Below, in pieces: positions 23,935-24,000 of a stretch of 24,000 nucleotides of DNA; position 1 is the stretch's first letter, and the number at the start of each line of letters is the position of its first letter. The stretch comes from an uncultured bacterium. Its GTDB lineage: Bacteria > Planctomycetota > Phycisphaerae > Sedimentisphaerales > Anaerohalosphaeraceae. The notes beneath the pieces are model-generated. The model worked only from the letters and a program-made list of their open reading frames with translations, was not told where the DNA came from and did not search any database. Position numbers and translations under genes: made by a program. The DNA is taken from positions 2,371 through 26,370 of the forward strand of contig CBDUPZ010000026.1 of assembly GCA_965369235.1 (NCBI GenBank), given 5' to 3'.

Positions 23935-24000
23935 AAACGAACCCAAAACGAACCCAACTTGTCGCGGCGTAGCCTCGCATGTCCCGCCATAGCCTCGTGC

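Noticed and set aside
1-24000. Alternative genetic code or stop-codon reassignment
   Set aside because: All well-supported genes (rnfC, rsmH, ftsI, gyrA, the KAP gene, GT2, the flippase) read through cleanly with the standard code and end at normal stops.

Overview
This reads as a bacterial chromosomal segment with mostly mid-range GC and two clearly AT-rich patches. I could not run searches, so every family call rests on motifs I could read in the translations.

**Gene content, left to right**
- The 3' part of rnfC, with no rnfD after it.
- An accessory patch (about 1.35-3.93 kb) holding an AT-rich secreted-protein gene, a small membrane-anchored protein, a DUF2283-like protein and a 71-aa secreted peptide driven by a consensus promoter.
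- A tightly packed minus-strand run: LolA-like protein, flavodoxin-like protein, a 57-aa histone-H1/Hc1-like gene that falls below the ORF-track size cutoff, a FabZ-like hotdog dehydratase, and a Cho/UvrC-N-terminal-like protein whose GIY-YIG motif looks degenerate.
- A minus-strand glycan cluster: GT2, a Wzx-type flippase, a sulfotransferase-like protein, a methyltransferase-like protein and a GT8-like protein. Two of its junctions (GT8/methyltransferase and sulfotransferase/flippase) are overlapping or directly abutting.
- tRNA-Gly(UCC).
- A reduced dcw cluster: mraZ, a possible 69-aa ORF, rsmH, a TM + 2xLysM protein, an ftsL-like gene and ftsI. It stops there, with no mur genes.
- gyrA.
- An AT-rich single-gene island encoding a KAP-family P-loop NTPase.

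**Intergenic repeats**
Nearly every long spacer is a mosaic of short, degenerate, hairpin-prone repeat modules, and these mosaics bracket both accessory patches. I found no rRNA, CRISPR array, transposase or integrase.

**Candidates for something new, all tentative**
1. The orphan soluble KAP NTPase island, with a 3 x 18-bp tandem repeat at its 3' end.
2. The Cho-like / FabZ-like gene pair.
3. The repeat-bracketed AT-rich patch at 1.6-3.7 kb.
4. A 77-bp MITE-like element near the window end.
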